Part shown: positions 29,452-43,328 of the stretch, piece after piece | How positions within the stretch are numbered: the first letter of the stretch is position 1 | Layout: each line of letters begins with the position of its first letter | Assembly (NCBI GenBank): GCA_016719885.1 | Contig: JADJYF010000010.1 | Location: 64,814-128,813, forward strand | Source of the DNA: Pseudomonadota bacterium | Lineage (GTDB): Bacteria; Pseudomonadota; Gammaproteobacteria; Ga0077536 | DNA length: 64,000 bases | Direction of reading: 5' to 3' | The notes under the pieces: generated by a model | Database searches by the model: none | What the model was told of the DNA's origin: nothing | What the model saw: the letters and a program-made list of their open reading frames with translations, nothing else | Position numbers and translations under genes: made by a program

Positions 29452-30933
29452 ATGAAGTTCATCCTCGCGCTCGATCAAGGCACCACCAGCTCGCGTGCGC
29501 TGGTGTTCGACGGCGACGGGCAATGTCGCGGTCTCGCGCAGGAAGAATTCACGCAGATCTATCCGCGCCCGGGCTGGGTGGAACACGATCCGCTGGCGCT
29601 GTGGCGCACGCAGTTCGATTGCGCCAGGCGTGCGCTGGACGCGGCCGGCATCCGCGCCACCGATGTCGGCGCCATCGGCATCACCAATCAACGCGAGACC
29701 ACCCTGCTATGGGACAGGCGCAGCGGCGCACCCGTGGCCAATGCGCTGGTGTGGCAGGACCGTCGCAGCGAAGCCTTGTGCGCGGCCTTGCGCGGCGGTG
29801 AACACGAAGCGCTGATCCGTGAGCGCAGCGGCCTGGTGCTCGATGCCTACTTCTCGGCATCGAAGATCCGCTGGCTGCTCGACAGCGATGCGGCGCTACG
29901 CGTGCGCGCCGAGCGCGGCGAACTGGCGTTCGGCACCGTCGACAGCTGGCTCATCTGGCAGCTCTCCGAAGGCCGCGAGCATGTGACCGACGCCACCAAC
30001 GCCTCGCGCACCCAGCTTTACGACATCGTGCGCGGCGACTGGAGCGACGAGCTGCTGGCGCTGTGGCGGATCCCGCGCGCGCTGCTGCCACGCGTGGTCG
30101 ACAGCAGCGGCGTATGCGCGAGCACGCGCCTGTTGGGCGGCGAGATTCCGATCGCGGGCGTGGCCGGCGATCAGCAGGCGGCGTTGTTCGGCCAGGCCTG
30201 TTTCGCGCCCGGCATGGCGAAATGCACCTATGGCACCGGCTGCTTCATCCTCATGCACACCGGCACACAGGTGGCGCGCTCCGGCCAGGGCTTGTTGACC
30301 ACCGTCGCCTCGCGCATCGATGGCGTCAGCGAGTACGCGCTGGAAGGCAGCGTGTTCATGGGCGGCGCCGTCGTGCAGTGGCTGCGCGACGGCCTCGGAC
30401 TCATCGCGCGCAGTGCCGACATCGAAGCGCTCGCCGCCAGTGTCGACAGCAGCGACGGCGTGGTGTTGGTGCCGGCCTTCACCGGCCTCGGCGCGCCGCA
30501 CTGGGACGCCCATGCGCGCGCCTTGCTGATCGGCATGACCCGTGGCACCGGTCGCGCGCACATCGCGCGCGCCGCGCTCGATGCCATCGCCTGGCAGGTG
30601 GCCGACGTTGGCGTGGCGATGATGGAAGACGCGGGGCTGGCGCTGGCCGAACTGCGCGTCGATGGCGGCGCGAGCGCCAACGATCTGCTGATGCAGATCC
30701 AGGCCGACGCGCTCGACGTGCCCATTGCGCGGCCGCGCCTGACCGAGAGCACCGCCTTCGGCGCCGCGCAGCTCGCGGCCCTCGGCGTCGGTCTTCGTGC
30801 CGACCGCGCGGCCCTGGGCAACGCCTGGCAAGCGGCCGCGCGTTACGCGCCGCGCATCGATGCCGGCCAGCGCAAGGCGCAGCGTCAACGTTGGCATCGC
30901 GCCATCGAGCGCGCACTGGCGTGGGCCGATTAA
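29452..30933 (+). CDS. glpK: Glycerol kinase
   Basis: N-terminal [17 protein letters not shown] and the sugar-kinase motifs GTGCF and VDGGASAN. 493 aa. Confidence 0.9.
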   Translation: MKFILALDQGTTSSRALVFDGDGQCRGLAQEEFTQIYPRPGWVEHDPLALWRTQFDCARRALDAAGIRATDVGAIGITNQRETTLLWDRRSGAPVANALVWQDRRSEALCAALRGGEHEALIRERSGLVLDAYFSASKIRWLLDSDAALRVRAERGELAFGTVDSWLIWQLSEGREHVTDATNASRTQLYDIVRGDWSDELLALWRIPRALLPRVVDSSGVCASTRLLGGEIPIAGVAGDQQAALFGQACFAPGMAKCTYGTGCFILMHTGTQVARSGQGLLTTVASRIDGVSEYALEGSVFMGGAVVQWLRDGLGLIARSADIEALAASVDSSDGVVLVPAFTGLGAPHWDAHARALLIGMTRGTGRAHIARAALDAIAWQVADVGVAMMEDAGLALAELRVDGGASANDLLMQIQADALDVPIARPRLTESTAFGAAQLAALGVGLRADRAALGNAWQAAARYAPRIDAGQRKAQRQRWHRAIERALAWAD

Positions 30934-30936
30934 CGC

Positions 30937-32517
30937 ATGCAACGCCAGGCCTTTCTGCGCGCCGCTGGCAGTCGTCGCTCCGCCTACGATGTAATCGTCA
31001 TCGGTGGCGGCGCCAATGGCCTCGGCATCGCGCTGGATTGCACCCATCGCGGTCTCGAAGTGCTGCTGCTGGAGCGCGCGGCGTTTGGCGCGGGCACCTC
31101 GTCTCGCAGCAGCAAGCTCATCCACGGTGGCATTCGCTACCTGGCTCAGGCGCAGTTCGGCCTGGTGCGCGAAGCCTTGCACGAGCGCGCGCTGCTGCTC
31201 GGTAACGCGCCCGGCCTGGTCAAGCCGCTGCCCTTCATCCTGCCGGCCGCCAACCGGTTCGAACTCTACAAGTACGCGGCGGGCGTCAAGCTCTACGACG
31301 CGCTGGCCGGCGCACACAAGCTTGCCGCCAGCCGCCTGCTCGATGCCGACGAGACCCGGCGCCTGGTGCCGCAGCTCGGCCGCGCGGCGCTGGCCGGCAG
31401 CGTGTGCTATGCCGACGCGGCTTTCGACGACACGCGCCTGCTGCAGGCGCTGGCCCACGCCGCCGCCGCGCGTGGCGCGACCTTGCTTAATCACATGCCG
31501 GTCGAAGCGCTGCTCAAGAACGCGCGTGGCCAGGTGCGTGGCGTTGCCGCCCGCGATGCGCTGGACGGCCACACCCACGAATACGAAGCACGAGTCGTGA
31601 TCAATGCCAGCGGCGTGCATGGCGACGCGGTGCGACGCCTCGCGGACGCCTCGCTGGGCGCCGAGATCCTGCCGAGCCAAGGCACCCACCTCGTGGTGCC
31701 GAAACGCTTCCATACCTCGGACCATGCGCTGGTCATGCCGCGCACGCCCGACGGGCGCGTGATGTTCGTCATTCCCTGGCACGAGCACGTGTTGCTCGGC
31801 ACCACCGATACCGCGCTCGAGCGGCTCGACGTTCCGCCGCGGCCGCGACGCGAGGAGGTGGACATGATCCTCGCCGTCACCGCGCGTCACCTGCATCGCG
31901 CGCCGCGTCATGACGACGTGCTGAGCTGCTTTGCCGGCGTGCGGCCACTGGCGGCGGCGCCGGGCGGCGCACGCTCGTCGAAGATCTCCCGCGAACACGC
32001 CATCACCATCGATGAGTCGGGCCTGGTGACGGTGAGCGGCGGCAAGTGGACCACCTATCGCCGCGTCGCCGAACAGTGCGTCGACGCGGCGTTGAAGGCG
32101 GCGGGCTTGCGCGCGAACGATGCCAGCACCCGCGAGCTGGCCTTGCTGACGCCGCAGGGCACGCGCGATGGCGTGGACGCCGTCGGCTTTCCGGCGCGCG
32201 GCGTCGCGCAGCTCGGCGCCGAGCAGACGACGCTCGCCGCACCCCTGCATGCTTCGCTGCCCTACAGCGGCGCGCACTTCGCCTACGCGGCGCGCAACGA
32301 GATGGCGATGACGGTGGCGGATGCCCTGAGCTACCACACGCGCGCGCTGTTCATCGATGCGCGCGCCGCCCTCGACATCGCACCGCGCGTGGCCAGCATC
32401 ATGGCCAGCGAACTGCAACGCGACGCGGCATGGATGGCGTCCGAGCTCGAACAACTGCGCGCCATCGCGGCACCCTTCATCCTCACTCCCACTCCAGTTC
32501 GCGAAACGCGCGGCTGA
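30937..32517 (+). CDS. glpD: FAD-dependent glycerol-3-phosphate dehydrogenase
   Basis: YDVIVIGGGANG dinucleotide fold, SSRSSKLIHGGIRYL, 526 aa. Immediately downstream of glpK. Confidence 0.85.
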   Translation: MQRQAFLRAAGSRRSAYDVIVIGGGANGLGIALDCTHRGLEVLLLERAAFGAGTSSRSSKLIHGGIRYLAQAQFGLVREALHERALLLGNAPGLVKPLPFILPAANRFELYKYAAGVKLYDALAGAHKLAASRLLDADETRRLVPQLGRAALAGSVCYADAAFDDTRLLQALAHAAAARGATLLNHMPVEALLKNARGQVRGVAARDALDGHTHEYEARVVINASGVHGDAVRRLADASLGAEILPSQGTHLVVPKRFHTSDHALVMPRTPDGRVMFVIPWHEHVLLGTTDTALERLDVPPRPRREEVDMILAVTARHLHRAPRHDDVLSCFAGVRPLAAAPGGARSSKISREHAITIDESGLVTVSGGKWTTYRRVAEQCVDAALKAAGLRANDASTRELALLTPQGTRDGVDAVGFPARGVAQLGAEQTTLAAPLHASLPYSGAHFAYAARNEMAMTVADALSYHTRALFIDARAALDIAPRVASIMASELQRDAAWMASELEQLRAIAAPFILTPTPVRETRG

Positions 32518-33403
32518 CGTTGAGCGGATGGGCGCGCGCGGTGAGCTGCCAGTGGGCAAGCTCGCGCGTCGCGACGCTGTGCTTGGCATCCTCGATGAAC
32601 TCACCGCGCGCGATGGCGGCGCGAGTGTCCACCAGCAGCGCATCGAGATAGGTCTGCTCGGCTAGCGCACCTTGCGGCCAGTGCTCGTCCAGCGGCCCGT
32701 GCCCGGGCACGACGCGCGCATAGGGGAGCCCGCTCGCGGCCTTGAGCCAGGCCAGCCAGCCTTTGACGCTGCCGTCCAGCACCGGCAGCCGCTCGCGGAA
32801 CACGAGGTCGCCGCTGAACAGCGTGCCGGTTGTTTCGTCGAGTACCGTGAGATCCGTTTCGGTATGCGCTGTCGCCACGGCCGTCAGCAGCAGCGAGCGT
32901 CCGCCGAGATCGAGTCGCGTCGGTTCGGCGACGAGACGGCTCGGCGTCACCAGCGCCGCGGCATCGTGCCGACCGTCGAGTTCGGCGGAGAAATTCTCGA
33001 TGAAGAAATCGCGGCTGGCCTCGAGGTTGTCAGGCAGACGCGCGGCGCCGACAAACTCGGCGCCTCCTTCTGCAAACGCGGCGTTGCCGAGCACATGATC
33101 AAAGTGCACGTGGGTGTTGATGACATGGCAGATGGGCTTGTCGGTGAGCTGTTCGATGGCGGCGCGCAAGGCGCGCCCGGTGGCGAGCGACCCACCGGTG
33201 TCGATCACGGCCACGCAGCGCGCGCCGACCACGACGCCGAGATTGGCGCTGTCGCCGCGCGCGGCGTCATCGATGTCCGCTATCTGGCCGCGATGCATGT
33301 AGACGCCGGGCGCGATGGCCGTCAGAAAGCTGTCGTCCGCGCGCGTGCACGGCGCCGAGATCAGCATCAGCAAGGCCAGTAAGCAAAGGGTGGCTGGAGA
33401 CAT
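32483..33403 (-). CDS. MBL-fold metallo-hydrolase, secreted
   Basis: HVHFDH zinc-binding motif. Signal peptide LLALLMLISAPCTRA. The 3' end overlaps glpD convergently by about 35 nt. Confidence 0.65.
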   Translation of the reverse strand: MSPATLCLLALLMLISAPCTRADDSFLTAIAPGVYMHRGQIADIDDAARGDSANLGVVVGARCVAVIDTGGSLATGRALRAAIEQLTDKPICHVINTHVHFDHVLGNAAFAEGGAEFVGAARLPDNLEASRDFFIENFSAELDGRHDAAALVTPSRLVAEPTRLDLGGRSLLLTAVATAHTETDLTVLDETTGTLFSGDLVFRERLPVLDGSVKGWLAWLKAASGLPYARVVPGHGPLDEHWPQGALAEQTYLDALLVDTRAAIARGEFIEDAKHSVATRELAHWQLTARAHPLNVSRAFRELEWE

Positions 33404-33467
33404 GGGGGTCGCTTCCGGACGGAACGACCAACATCATAAGCGCTGCATGGGCAGCGCGGCAGCGGCG

Positions 33468-34325
33468 TCAGCTGTTGGCGACGGCGCGCAGATCGGCCTG
33501 CTGCCCGACGCGGGCGGTGGCCAGGTTGCCGTAGAGATGACTGAGGACGTCGCGACCTTCCTCGGTCTGCTCGAGATAGCTGGCGCCGACGCCGATGTAG
33601 GGCGCGACGCTCTTGTCGAAGAAATTCGGATAGGCCGTCAGCAGATCGCCCGGCCGTGCATAGCCCAGCGCATTGTTGAATCCGATCTCCTCGAACTCGT
33701 AGAAGATGGCCGACAGCTTGGATAGGTAGCGCGGGTCGCTCAGTTGGCCGATCAGATCGGCGGCACGTACCAGTCCCGGAAAATCATCGGTCTGTGCGTA
33801 CCACGGGTCGTCGGGCACCGGAAAGCGCGTGCGCTCTATGCAGGCGTTGACGAAGCGCGTGTCGACCAGGTCGCTGTCGAAGAAATGTTCTTCGATGAAA
33901 CGCTTGCCGCGATTGACGTGCACCGGCATCAGCACCGCGTCGCTGGTGCCCGCCACCGCGCGGAAAGTCTGGCCGTCGACGCCGGTCGCGAGCGCGCTCG
34001 CGGTATCGGTGCGACACAGGCCACGGACGTAGCCGATGTCATGACACAGCAGGGCGATGACGGTGTTGCACCAGGTTTCGGCTGACACGCTGCGCTCGCG
34101 CTCCTGCTTGGCCTTCAGGATCTGCAGGCCCACCATGGTCACGTGGGTGGTATGTTCGACGTTGTGATACAGCGCATCGCTGCGCGCGATGGCGGCGAGC
34201 GCGGTATGGGCGACGGTGACGGCGAGATCGAGCCGCGCCCCGGAAGCACGCGGGTACAGCGTACGGAAATGTTCCGTCGCACGCTCACTGACTATCGCGG
34301 TCAGCACACTGGTGACGTTCAACAT
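33468..34325 (-). CDS. HD-domain metal-dependent phosphohydrolase-like protein
   Basis: H…HD motif (LLCHDIGY). 285 aa. Confidence 0.5.
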   Translation of the reverse strand: MLNVTSVLTAIVSERATEHFRTLYPRASGARLDLAVTVAHTALAAIARSDALYHNVEHTTHVTMVGLQILKAKQERERSVSAETWCNTVIALLCHDIGYVRGLCRTDTASALATGVDGQTFRAVAGTSDAVLMPVHVNRGKRFIEEHFFDSDLVDTRFVNACIERTRFPVPDDPWYAQTDDFPGLVRAADLIGQLSDPRYLSKLSAIFYEFEEIGFNNALGYARPGDLLTAYPNFFDKSVAPYIGVGASYLEQTEEGRDVLSHLYGNLATARVGQQADLRAVANS

Positions 34326-34517
34326 GTCGGGCGCGTCACTTTCTCTATTGTACGTTTGCCTTCTGGTCCGTCATAAAGCACGGTACGGTTGTTGGCGAGT
34401 ATAGGCACGGAGTGCCGGACTGTCCGCTGTCAGCGGCTGAAGTGTGACAAACTTGAGGTATCGTGAAAGTGCCGCTTGCGAGCGCGCGCAAGGCGCGCTC
34501 CGCGACAGGCTGGCGGC

Positions 34518-35714
34518 TCAAGCCGCGTGAAACTTGAGCGGCAGTGCGGCGAGGCTGTGCACGGCGTTGCCGACCCGCCATTCGGGGGCGCCCGCCAATT
34601 CGATACGCGCCACGCGCGCCGTGAGGGCGGCGAGCAAAGCGGCAATCTCCTGGCGCGCCACGTGCTGGCCAACGCATACGTGGATGCCGCTGCCGAAGGC
34701 CACATGGGGATGGGGCGCGCGCCCGATGTCGAAGCGCTCGGCGTCCTGCCAGCGCGCCGTGTCGCGGTTGGCGGCGCCCATCACGCACAAGAGCTTGGTA
34801 TCGGCCGGCATGGCCAAGGCCCCGAAGGCGACTTCGACGGTGCTGGTACGACAGAATGTGTGTACCGGCGACTCGTAACGCAATACCTCGTCCACGGCCG
34901 CCATCGCGAGCCGCGGTTCACGACGCAGCAGGCGCCACTGGTCGGGGTGGGTCGCGAAGCAATACAGCAGGTTGGCGAGCGTCGCCACGGTGGTATCGAT
35001 GCCGGCGGACAGCAGCGAACGCACCAGCAGAGAAGCTTCATCGGGCGTCACTTCCTCGCGATCGGCGGCGGCGTAGATGGCCGCGCCGAAGCCGTCGGCG
35101 GCGAGCGCCTCGCGCGCGCAGCGCGCGCTGATCCACGGCACGATGTCGGCGGCCTGGGCAAGGGCGGCACGGCGCACGGCGTTGTCCGGGCCGAGGGCAT
35201 CGAACACCATGTGGCCATAGGCCAGCAGCTTGTCACGCCCGTCGCGCGCCACGCCCACCGCGTCGCCGAACACTTCGAGGGGAAAGGCCGCCGCCAGCGC
35301 GCTCACGCCGTCCAGCGTGCCTCGCGTCAGCGCCTCGTCGACCAGGCGTGCGGCGACCGCGGCGAAACGCGGCTCGAGGGCGCGCACCGCCTGCGGCGAC
35401 AGCGCGCGCGCCATGACCCGGCGCGTGCGTTCGTGATCGGGCGGGTCGACTTCGAGAATGATGCTCGGCGCTCGCCACGGCGGCTCGCGCGAAAAATCGG
35501 CAAGACCGACGCCGCGTGCCGAACTGAAGCGTCGCCAGTCACGGAACGCCGCTTCGACGACCTCGATGTGGCCGCTCGCGCATACGCCGTAACGCGGGAT
35601 CCAGACCAGCGGTCCGCATTCGCGCAGGGCGCGGTAGTAGGCGGCGGGCTCGCGCAGCAGCGCCGCGTCGTAGGGGTCGACGTCGAATTCCGGCAGCCTG
35701 GCGGGGCCGATCAC
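34518..35714 (-). CDS. Cytochrome P450, last gene of the pca/pob operon
   Basis: Heme loop FGSGIHVCVGQHVA, ExxR (EVLRYESP), and I-helix LLSAGIDTT. The start is 1-2 nt after the pcaB stop. Confidence 0.85.
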   Translation of the reverse strand: MIGPARLPEFDVDPYDAALLREPAAYYRALRECGPLVWIPRYGVCASGHIEVVEAAFRDWRRFSSARGVGLADFSREPPWRAPSIILEVDPPDHERTRRVMARALSPQAVRALEPRFAAVAARLVDEALTRGTLDGVSALAAAFPLEVFGDAVGVARDGRDKLLAYGHMVFDALGPDNAVRRAALAQAADIVPWISARCAREALAADGFGAAIYAAADREEVTPDEASLLVRSLLSAGIDTTVATLANLLYCFATHPDQWRLLRREPRLAMAAVDEVLRYESPVHTFCRTSTVEVAFGALAMPADTKLLCVMGAANRDTARWQDAERFDIGRAPHPHVAFGSGIHVCVGQHVARQEIAALLAALTARVARIELAGAPEWRVGNAVHSLAALPLKFHAA

Positions 35715-35715
35715 C

Positions 35716-38774
<3,059 letters not shown>

Positions 38775-38778
<4 letters not shown>

Positions 38779-39500
38779 GGCCGCCCCTCCCAGGGCGTGC
38801 CGTCGGCGCCGCGCAGCACGATGTCGAACTCGTAAGCCATGGCGTAATCGGGCTCGCTGCAGGTGATATCGAAGCGCGACACCAGGCGCGCACGGGCGGC
38901 CTCGTCGGGCACGCCCATGAAGATCGGATCCAGCGGCAAGGTCGGGTCGCCGGGAAAATACATCTGCGTGACGAGCCGCGTCGCCCACGCCTGGCCGAAC
39001 AGCGAGAAATGGATGTGCTTGGGCCGCCAGGCGTTGTAGTGATTGCCCCACGGGTAGATGCCGGGCTCGATGGTGAGGAAGCGGTAACGGCCTTCGTCGT
39101 CGGTCAGCACCGCGCCGCGACCGCTGAAATTGGGGTCCAGCGGTGCATCGTGGCGGTCGCCGTCATGCAGGTAGCGACCGGCGGCATTGGCCTGCCACAC
39201 CTCCACCAGCGCGCCGCGTTCAGGGCGTCCGCGCTCGTCGAGCAGCCGGCCATGCACGATGATGCGTTGGCCCAGGGCCTCGCCGCCCCGCGCGCCGGCT
39301 GGACGCGTGAGATCGTGGCCCGCATGCCCCAGCCGCTCGCGCCCGCAGCGCGGGCCGCTCACTTCCGACAAGGTCTCGGGAATGACTACCAAGGCTTCGC
39401 GCGGCGCGCGCTTGGCGCTCGAGCGATAGGCGTCGGTGGCGTTGGCCGGGTGGATGCCCGGCGCCACCGGCGCATAGAGTCGCGACGTGCTCATGCTCAT
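38775..39500 (-). CDS. pcaH: Protocatechuate 3,4-dioxygenase beta subunit
   Basis: VEVWQANAAGRYLHDGDRHDAPLDPNFSGRG, YPWGNHYNAWRPKHIHFS (iron ligands), and EFDIVLRG. Start uncertain between Met13 and Met15. Confidence 0.85.
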
Positions 39501-39507
39501 CTCATCC

Positions 39508-40188
39508 TCAGGCGGCGCGATCGCTCTGCAGGGCACGACAGCTGTCGGCGAACGTCAGCGGCGCGCCGGTGTTGGCCTGCAGTTCGGCAGCGCTGAGGCC
39601 GGCCACCATGTCGGTGACCACCAGCCCGCCGGGCGTGATGTCGATGACGGCGAGATCCGAGTACACGCGGTGCACGCAATTGAGACCGGTCAGCGGCAGG
39701 TCGCAACGTTCGACGATCTTATGCGCACCGTCCTTGGCGACATGGGTAGCCAGCATCACCCACACCTGGCGCGCGCCGGCCACCAGGTCCATGGCACCGC
39801 CGACCGCTGGCGGCTTGGGCCCCGGCAAGGCCCAGTTGGCAAGATCGCCATTGGCCGCCACCTGGTAGGCGCCGAGGATCGAGATGTCGATATGGCCGCC
39901 CCGGATCATGGCGAAGGAATCGGCATGATGAAAATACGAACCACCGGGCAGGATGGTGACCGGCTGCTTGCCGGCATTGATCAAGTCCATGTCTTCCTCG
40001 CCGGCGGTGGGCGCCGGGCCCATGCCCAGCAGGCCGTTCTCCGAATGCAGCACGAACTCGCGGCCTGGCACCGGGTAGTCGGCGACCAGCATCGGCATGC
40101 CGATGCCGAGATTCACGTATGCACCGTTGGGAATGTCGCGCGCGACGCGCCGGGCAATGTCTTCCGACGAAAGTGCCTTGACCATCAT
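39508..40188 (-). CDS. pcaJ: 3-oxoadipate CoA-transferase subunit B
   Basis: YVNLGIGMP…SENGLLGMGP (CoA-transferase family I beta motifs). AGGAGA ribosome-binding site. The start overlaps the pcaI stop. Confidence 0.85.
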   Translation of the reverse strand: MMVKALSSEDIARRVARDIPNGAYVNLGIGMPMLVADYPVPGREFVLHSENGLLGMGPAPTAGEEDMDLINAGKQPVTILPGGSYFHHADSFAMIRGGHIDISILGAYQVAANGDLANWALPGPKPPAVGGAMDLVAGARQVWVMLATHVAKDGAHKIVERCDLPLTGLNCVHRVYSDLAVIDITPGGLVVTDMVAGLSAAELQANTGAPLTFADSCRALQSDRAA

Positions 40189-40856
40189 CGCTCTCCTATT
40201 TCCACCATGCGTGTGACGAAGATGCCGGGCGTGACCACTTCCTCGGGCGCCACGTTGTCGACGAAGCGGCGCACTTCGGCCAGCGTGGTCGCGGCGGCCA
40301 TGGCCATGATCGGGTTGAAGTTGCGCGCGGTCTTGGGATAGGTGAGGTTGCCCCAGCGATCGGCGGTGCGCGCATGGATGAGCGCCACGTCGGCGCGAAT
40401 GGCGCGCTCCATGACGTAATGACGGCCGTCGAATTCGCGGGTTTCCTTGCCCTGCGCGAGCGGCGTGCCGTATCCGGTGGCCGTGTAGAACGCCGGGATG
40501 CCGGCGCCACCCGCGCGTATGCGTTCGGCGAGCGTGCCCTGCGGCACGATTTCGAGTTCGATCTTGCCGGCGGCGTACAGTTCTTCGAACACGATGGAGC
40601 CGGCCGAGCGCGGGAAGGAACACACCATCTTGCCGACGCAACCGGCCTTCAGGAGCGAGGCCAGACCGTAATCGCCGGAGCCGGCGTTGTTGCTCACCAC
40701 CGTCAGGTTGCGCAAGCCGAGCTCGCAGATGGTTTCGATGAGTCTCTCGGGCACGCCGGCATCGCCGAAGCCGCCGATCAACACGATGGCGCCATCTCGC
40801 AGATCGGGGCAATCAGCCACCATGTCGGCGAGAGTGCTGACGCGTTTATCGATCAT
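40185..40856 (-). CDS. pcaI: 3-oxoadipate CoA-transferase subunit A
   Basis: LIGGFGDAGVPE…VVSNNAG alpha-subunit motifs. About 223 aa. Confidence 0.85.
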   Translation of the reverse strand: MIDKRVSTLADMVADCPDLRDGAIVLIGGFGDAGVPERLIETICELGLRNLTVVSNNAGSGDYGLASLLKAGCVGKMVCSFPRSAGSIVFEELYAAGKIELEIVPQGTLAERIRAGGAGIPAFYTATGYGTPLAQGKETREFDGRHYVMERAIRADVALIHARTADRWGNLTYPKTARNFNPIMAMAAATTLAEVRRFVDNVAPEEVVTPGIFVTRMVEIGER

Positions 40857-40963
40857 GCCGAAGTCCCGTGACGAAGGTCCTCGGCAATTATGGCAAGAAG
40901 TGTGGGGGATGTGGATGGTGCAGGCTTGGCCGTCAGCCTGCCTCATCCACTGGTCATTGCTTT

Positions 40964-41040
40964 TGCGGGTCAGGCCTCAGGAAGCTCTGACACCGGCTGC
41001 GGCATGCCAGCCGTGAATTGTCAGGCTGAAGCCTGACATT
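40964..41040. repeat. REP-like element family A, second locus: a degenerate arm (GGGTCAGGCCTCAG…CTGACA), a spacer, and an intact arm TTGTCAGGCTGAAGCCTGACATT
   Basis: Direct reading. The core GTCAGGCTGAAGCCTGAC at 41020..41037 is identical to the copy at 2397..2414. Confidence 0.5.
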
Positions 41041-41058
41041 CCAGCCGTCGATTTCGCT

Positions 41059-42012
41059 TCAGTCTTCCAGCTGCTGCAGGCCATCCAGGAACCAGGTCGG
41101 CTGCGTGGCGTTGCGCGGCTTGGTGAAATGCCACACCTCGCGCACCTGGCGCGCCTGCTCGTCATCGGCCTCGCGCACGATGCCGTCGAACAGCACGACC
41201 GCTTCCAGCTGGTCGCCCGCCTCCCGCGCTTCCAGCAATTCCGCCTCGAGCTTCAACACCATGGTGCGGTTGTCGGCGTCGATTTCCTTGATGCGGTTTT
41301 CGATCTCGACGTACATGGCATCGGTGGTGAGACGCCGCACGGCGGCGAGATCGCGCGCATCCCAGGCTTTTTGCAGGTCGTGGTAAGCGTTCTTGGCGCC
41401 AACCAGGAACGCCGCCTGGTCAAAACCAGCCGGCACGCTGGCCTGGTTGAAGTCCGGCAGCGACGCGCCATCGTCGTTCTTCAAACCGCCACGGAACCAG
41501 TCGCCGGTGTCCAGTGCCTGGGGCGGCGCGGCCGGCGGAGGCGGCGGAGCGTAATCCTGGCCGCCGCGCGAAGGCGCCGGTTCCGCCTGCCGCTGGTAGG
41601 CGGGCCGCGGCATGCTGGCGATTTTACGCGCCGCCATGAGGCGATACAGCATGTAGGCGATGGCCGCGAACATCAGGATGTCGAGGAAATTGATGTTCTC
41701 GAAGGCGCCGCCGAACAGCAACGAGCCCAACAGGCCGCCGATGGCGAGACCGCCCAGCATGCCCATCAGGCCGCCGCGACGCGACAAGCCCTCGCGCACC
41801 GACTGGTTGCGCGCCATGGCCTGCGCCTGGCTGGCGGACGGCGCCGCCGGTGCGGCACTCGGCTGGCGCTTGTAGGCGGTGCCGTGCGAAGTGCGACTGC
41901 CGAAGGACGCTCCGCCACCGAAACGTTTGGCCTCGGCGTCTTCGAACGGCGCGACACACAGGACGAGCCCGAACAGCAGGGATGAGACGAGACTGATTTG
42001 CTTGAACATCAT
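41059..42012 (-). CDS. Secreted/membrane protein with a C-terminal Tim44-like domain
   Basis: Signal peptide MMFKQISLVSSLLFGLVLCVAPFEDAEA. Gly-rich TM segment. Pro-rich linker. The C-terminal ~150 aa fit a Tim44-like fold. Confidence 0.55.
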   Translation of the reverse strand: MMFKQISLVSSLLFGLVLCVAPFEDAEAKRFGGGASFGSRTSHGTAYKRQPSAAPAAPSASQAQAMARNQSVREGLSRRGGLMGMLGGLAIGGLLGSLLFGGAFENINFLDILMFAAIAYMLYRLMAARKIASMPRPAYQRQAEPAPSRGGQDYAPPPPPAAPPQALDTGDWFRGGLKNDDGASLPDFNQASVPAGFDQAAFLVGAKNAYHDLQKAWDARDLAAVRRLTTDAMYVEIENRIKEIDADNRTMVLKLEAELLEAREAGDQLEAVVLFDGIVREADDEQARQVREVWHFTKPRNATQPTWFLDGLQQLED

Positions 42013-42153
42013 GACTACTCGCAATGGACGGTGTAAGGCCCGTGGCCGGGTACTATGGCAGGTCTGGCCATGATGACAAGCAAAGGTTCCGCGCCCGGTG
42101 GCCTTGGCGCGCGACGGTGAATCGATACGCGCCAGCCTGATAAGCTTGCCGTC

Positions 42154-43281
42154 ATGCGTGGCTTGCTGTTGATCATGATGTGGATGCTGTCCGCCGCGGG
42201 CGCGTCGGCGCAAAGCGCGGCGCCCTGCACCGCCGCGCCCGGCGCCTGCACGGAGTGGGTCACGATCGGCGGCGGGCCGGCGCGCGCGCTCATTTATCGC
42301 TCCTACTCGCTGGACGTGCGCAACGAACACGTCACGCGCCTGTTGGTGATGGTGCACGGCAAGAACCGCGACGCCGACAACTACTTCAGCACCGCCATGG
42401 CTGCCGCCTTTCTTGCCCACGCCATGGAAGACACCGCCATCGTCGCGCCCTACATGGCGTCCTCGGCGCGCGATTGCGAAGACCCGATCACGCCGCCCCA
42501 GATTGATTTCTCCTGCACCGGCGACAGCTGGCGCGCCGGCGCCAGCGCACTCAGTCATCCGCATCTGACCTCTTTCGATTTCGTCGACGAGATCCTGCGC
42601 AAGGCGACCAGCGGCGTGTTCCCCAAGCTGCGCCGCATCGTGGTGGCCGGCCATTCCGCCGGCGGCCAATTCACCATGCGCTATGCCATGAGCAACAAGC
42701 TGCACGATGACCTGCCGGTCGAAGTGAGCTACGTGGTGGCCAATCCTTCCAGCTATCCGTGGCCGGACAGCGCGCGTCCCTTGCCGGTCGGTGACGCCCA
42801 TCCACACGCCGCCGGGCAGGCCTGGGAGGACGAGCAGCCGCATGCACGTTTCGAGTTCGGCGCCATCGACGCACGCCAATGTCCCGAATTCAATCGCTGG
42901 CCTTTCGGTCTCGACGCGCGCACCACCGGTTACACGCGCACCATGGAAAGTGAGCGCCTGGTGCGACAGCTCACCAGCCGACCGACGACCTACGTGCTGG
43001 GGCAAATCGATGTGCTGCCGCTGGCAGGTTTCGATTCATCCTGCGCGGCGATGCTGCAGGGCCCCACGCGCCGCGCGCGCGGCGAAGCCTTCGTCGCCTA
43101 CATGCAGCAGCGCTGGCGTACCCACCACCGCATCCGCATCGTGCCGGACTGCGGCCACAACGCGCGCTGCGTCTTCACCGCCGATGAAGTCCTGCCGCTG
43201 TTGTTTCCTCCGCTGACGCCGCCGGACAGTACACCGGGCGCGGGCGCCGACCAGCACGGCTCCCAGGCGGCCATTCGCTGA
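42154..43281 (+). CDS. Secreted alpha/beta-hydrolase-fold protein (esterase/depolymerase-like)
   Basis: Signal peptide. GHSAGG nucleophile elbow (GxSxG). Confidence 0.55.
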   Translation: MRGLLLIMMWMLSAAGASAQSAAPCTAAPGACTEWVTIGGGPARALIYRSYSLDVRNEHVTRLLVMVHGKNRDADNYFSTAMAAAFLAHAMEDTAIVAPYMASSARDCEDPITPPQIDFSCTGDSWRAGASALSHPHLTSFDFVDEILRKATSGVFPKLRRIVVAGHSAGGQFTMRYAMSNKLHDDLPVEVSYVVANPSSYPWPDSARPLPVGDAHPHAAGQAWEDEQPHARFEFGAIDARQCPEFNRWPFGLDARTTGYTRTMESERLVRQLTSRPTTYVLGQIDVLPLAGFDSSCAAMLQGPTRRARGEAFVAYMQQRWRTHHRIRIVPDCGHNARCVFTADEVLPLLFPPLTPPDSTPGAGADQHGSQAAIR

Positions 43282-43328
43282 GCCCTGCTTGAACGTGACC
43301 GGCGTGATCGCGCGCCGACCCGCAGCGC

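Noticed and set aside
34326-34517. GC-rich stem-loops (CCGCTG-t-CAGCGG; GAGCGCGC-gcaag-GCGCGCTC) downstream of the operon-terminal P450, as an intrinsic terminator
   Set aside because: There is no clear U-tract on the transcribed strand, so it is not called a terminator with confidence.
41128-41985. Long antisense ORFs opposite real genes (for example 41128..41985, 12346..13974, 15458..17788, 29896..32643)
   Set aside because: They are high-GC mirror ORFs with Arg/Ala/Gly-rich, low-complexity translations. The opposite strand carries motif-bearing genes.
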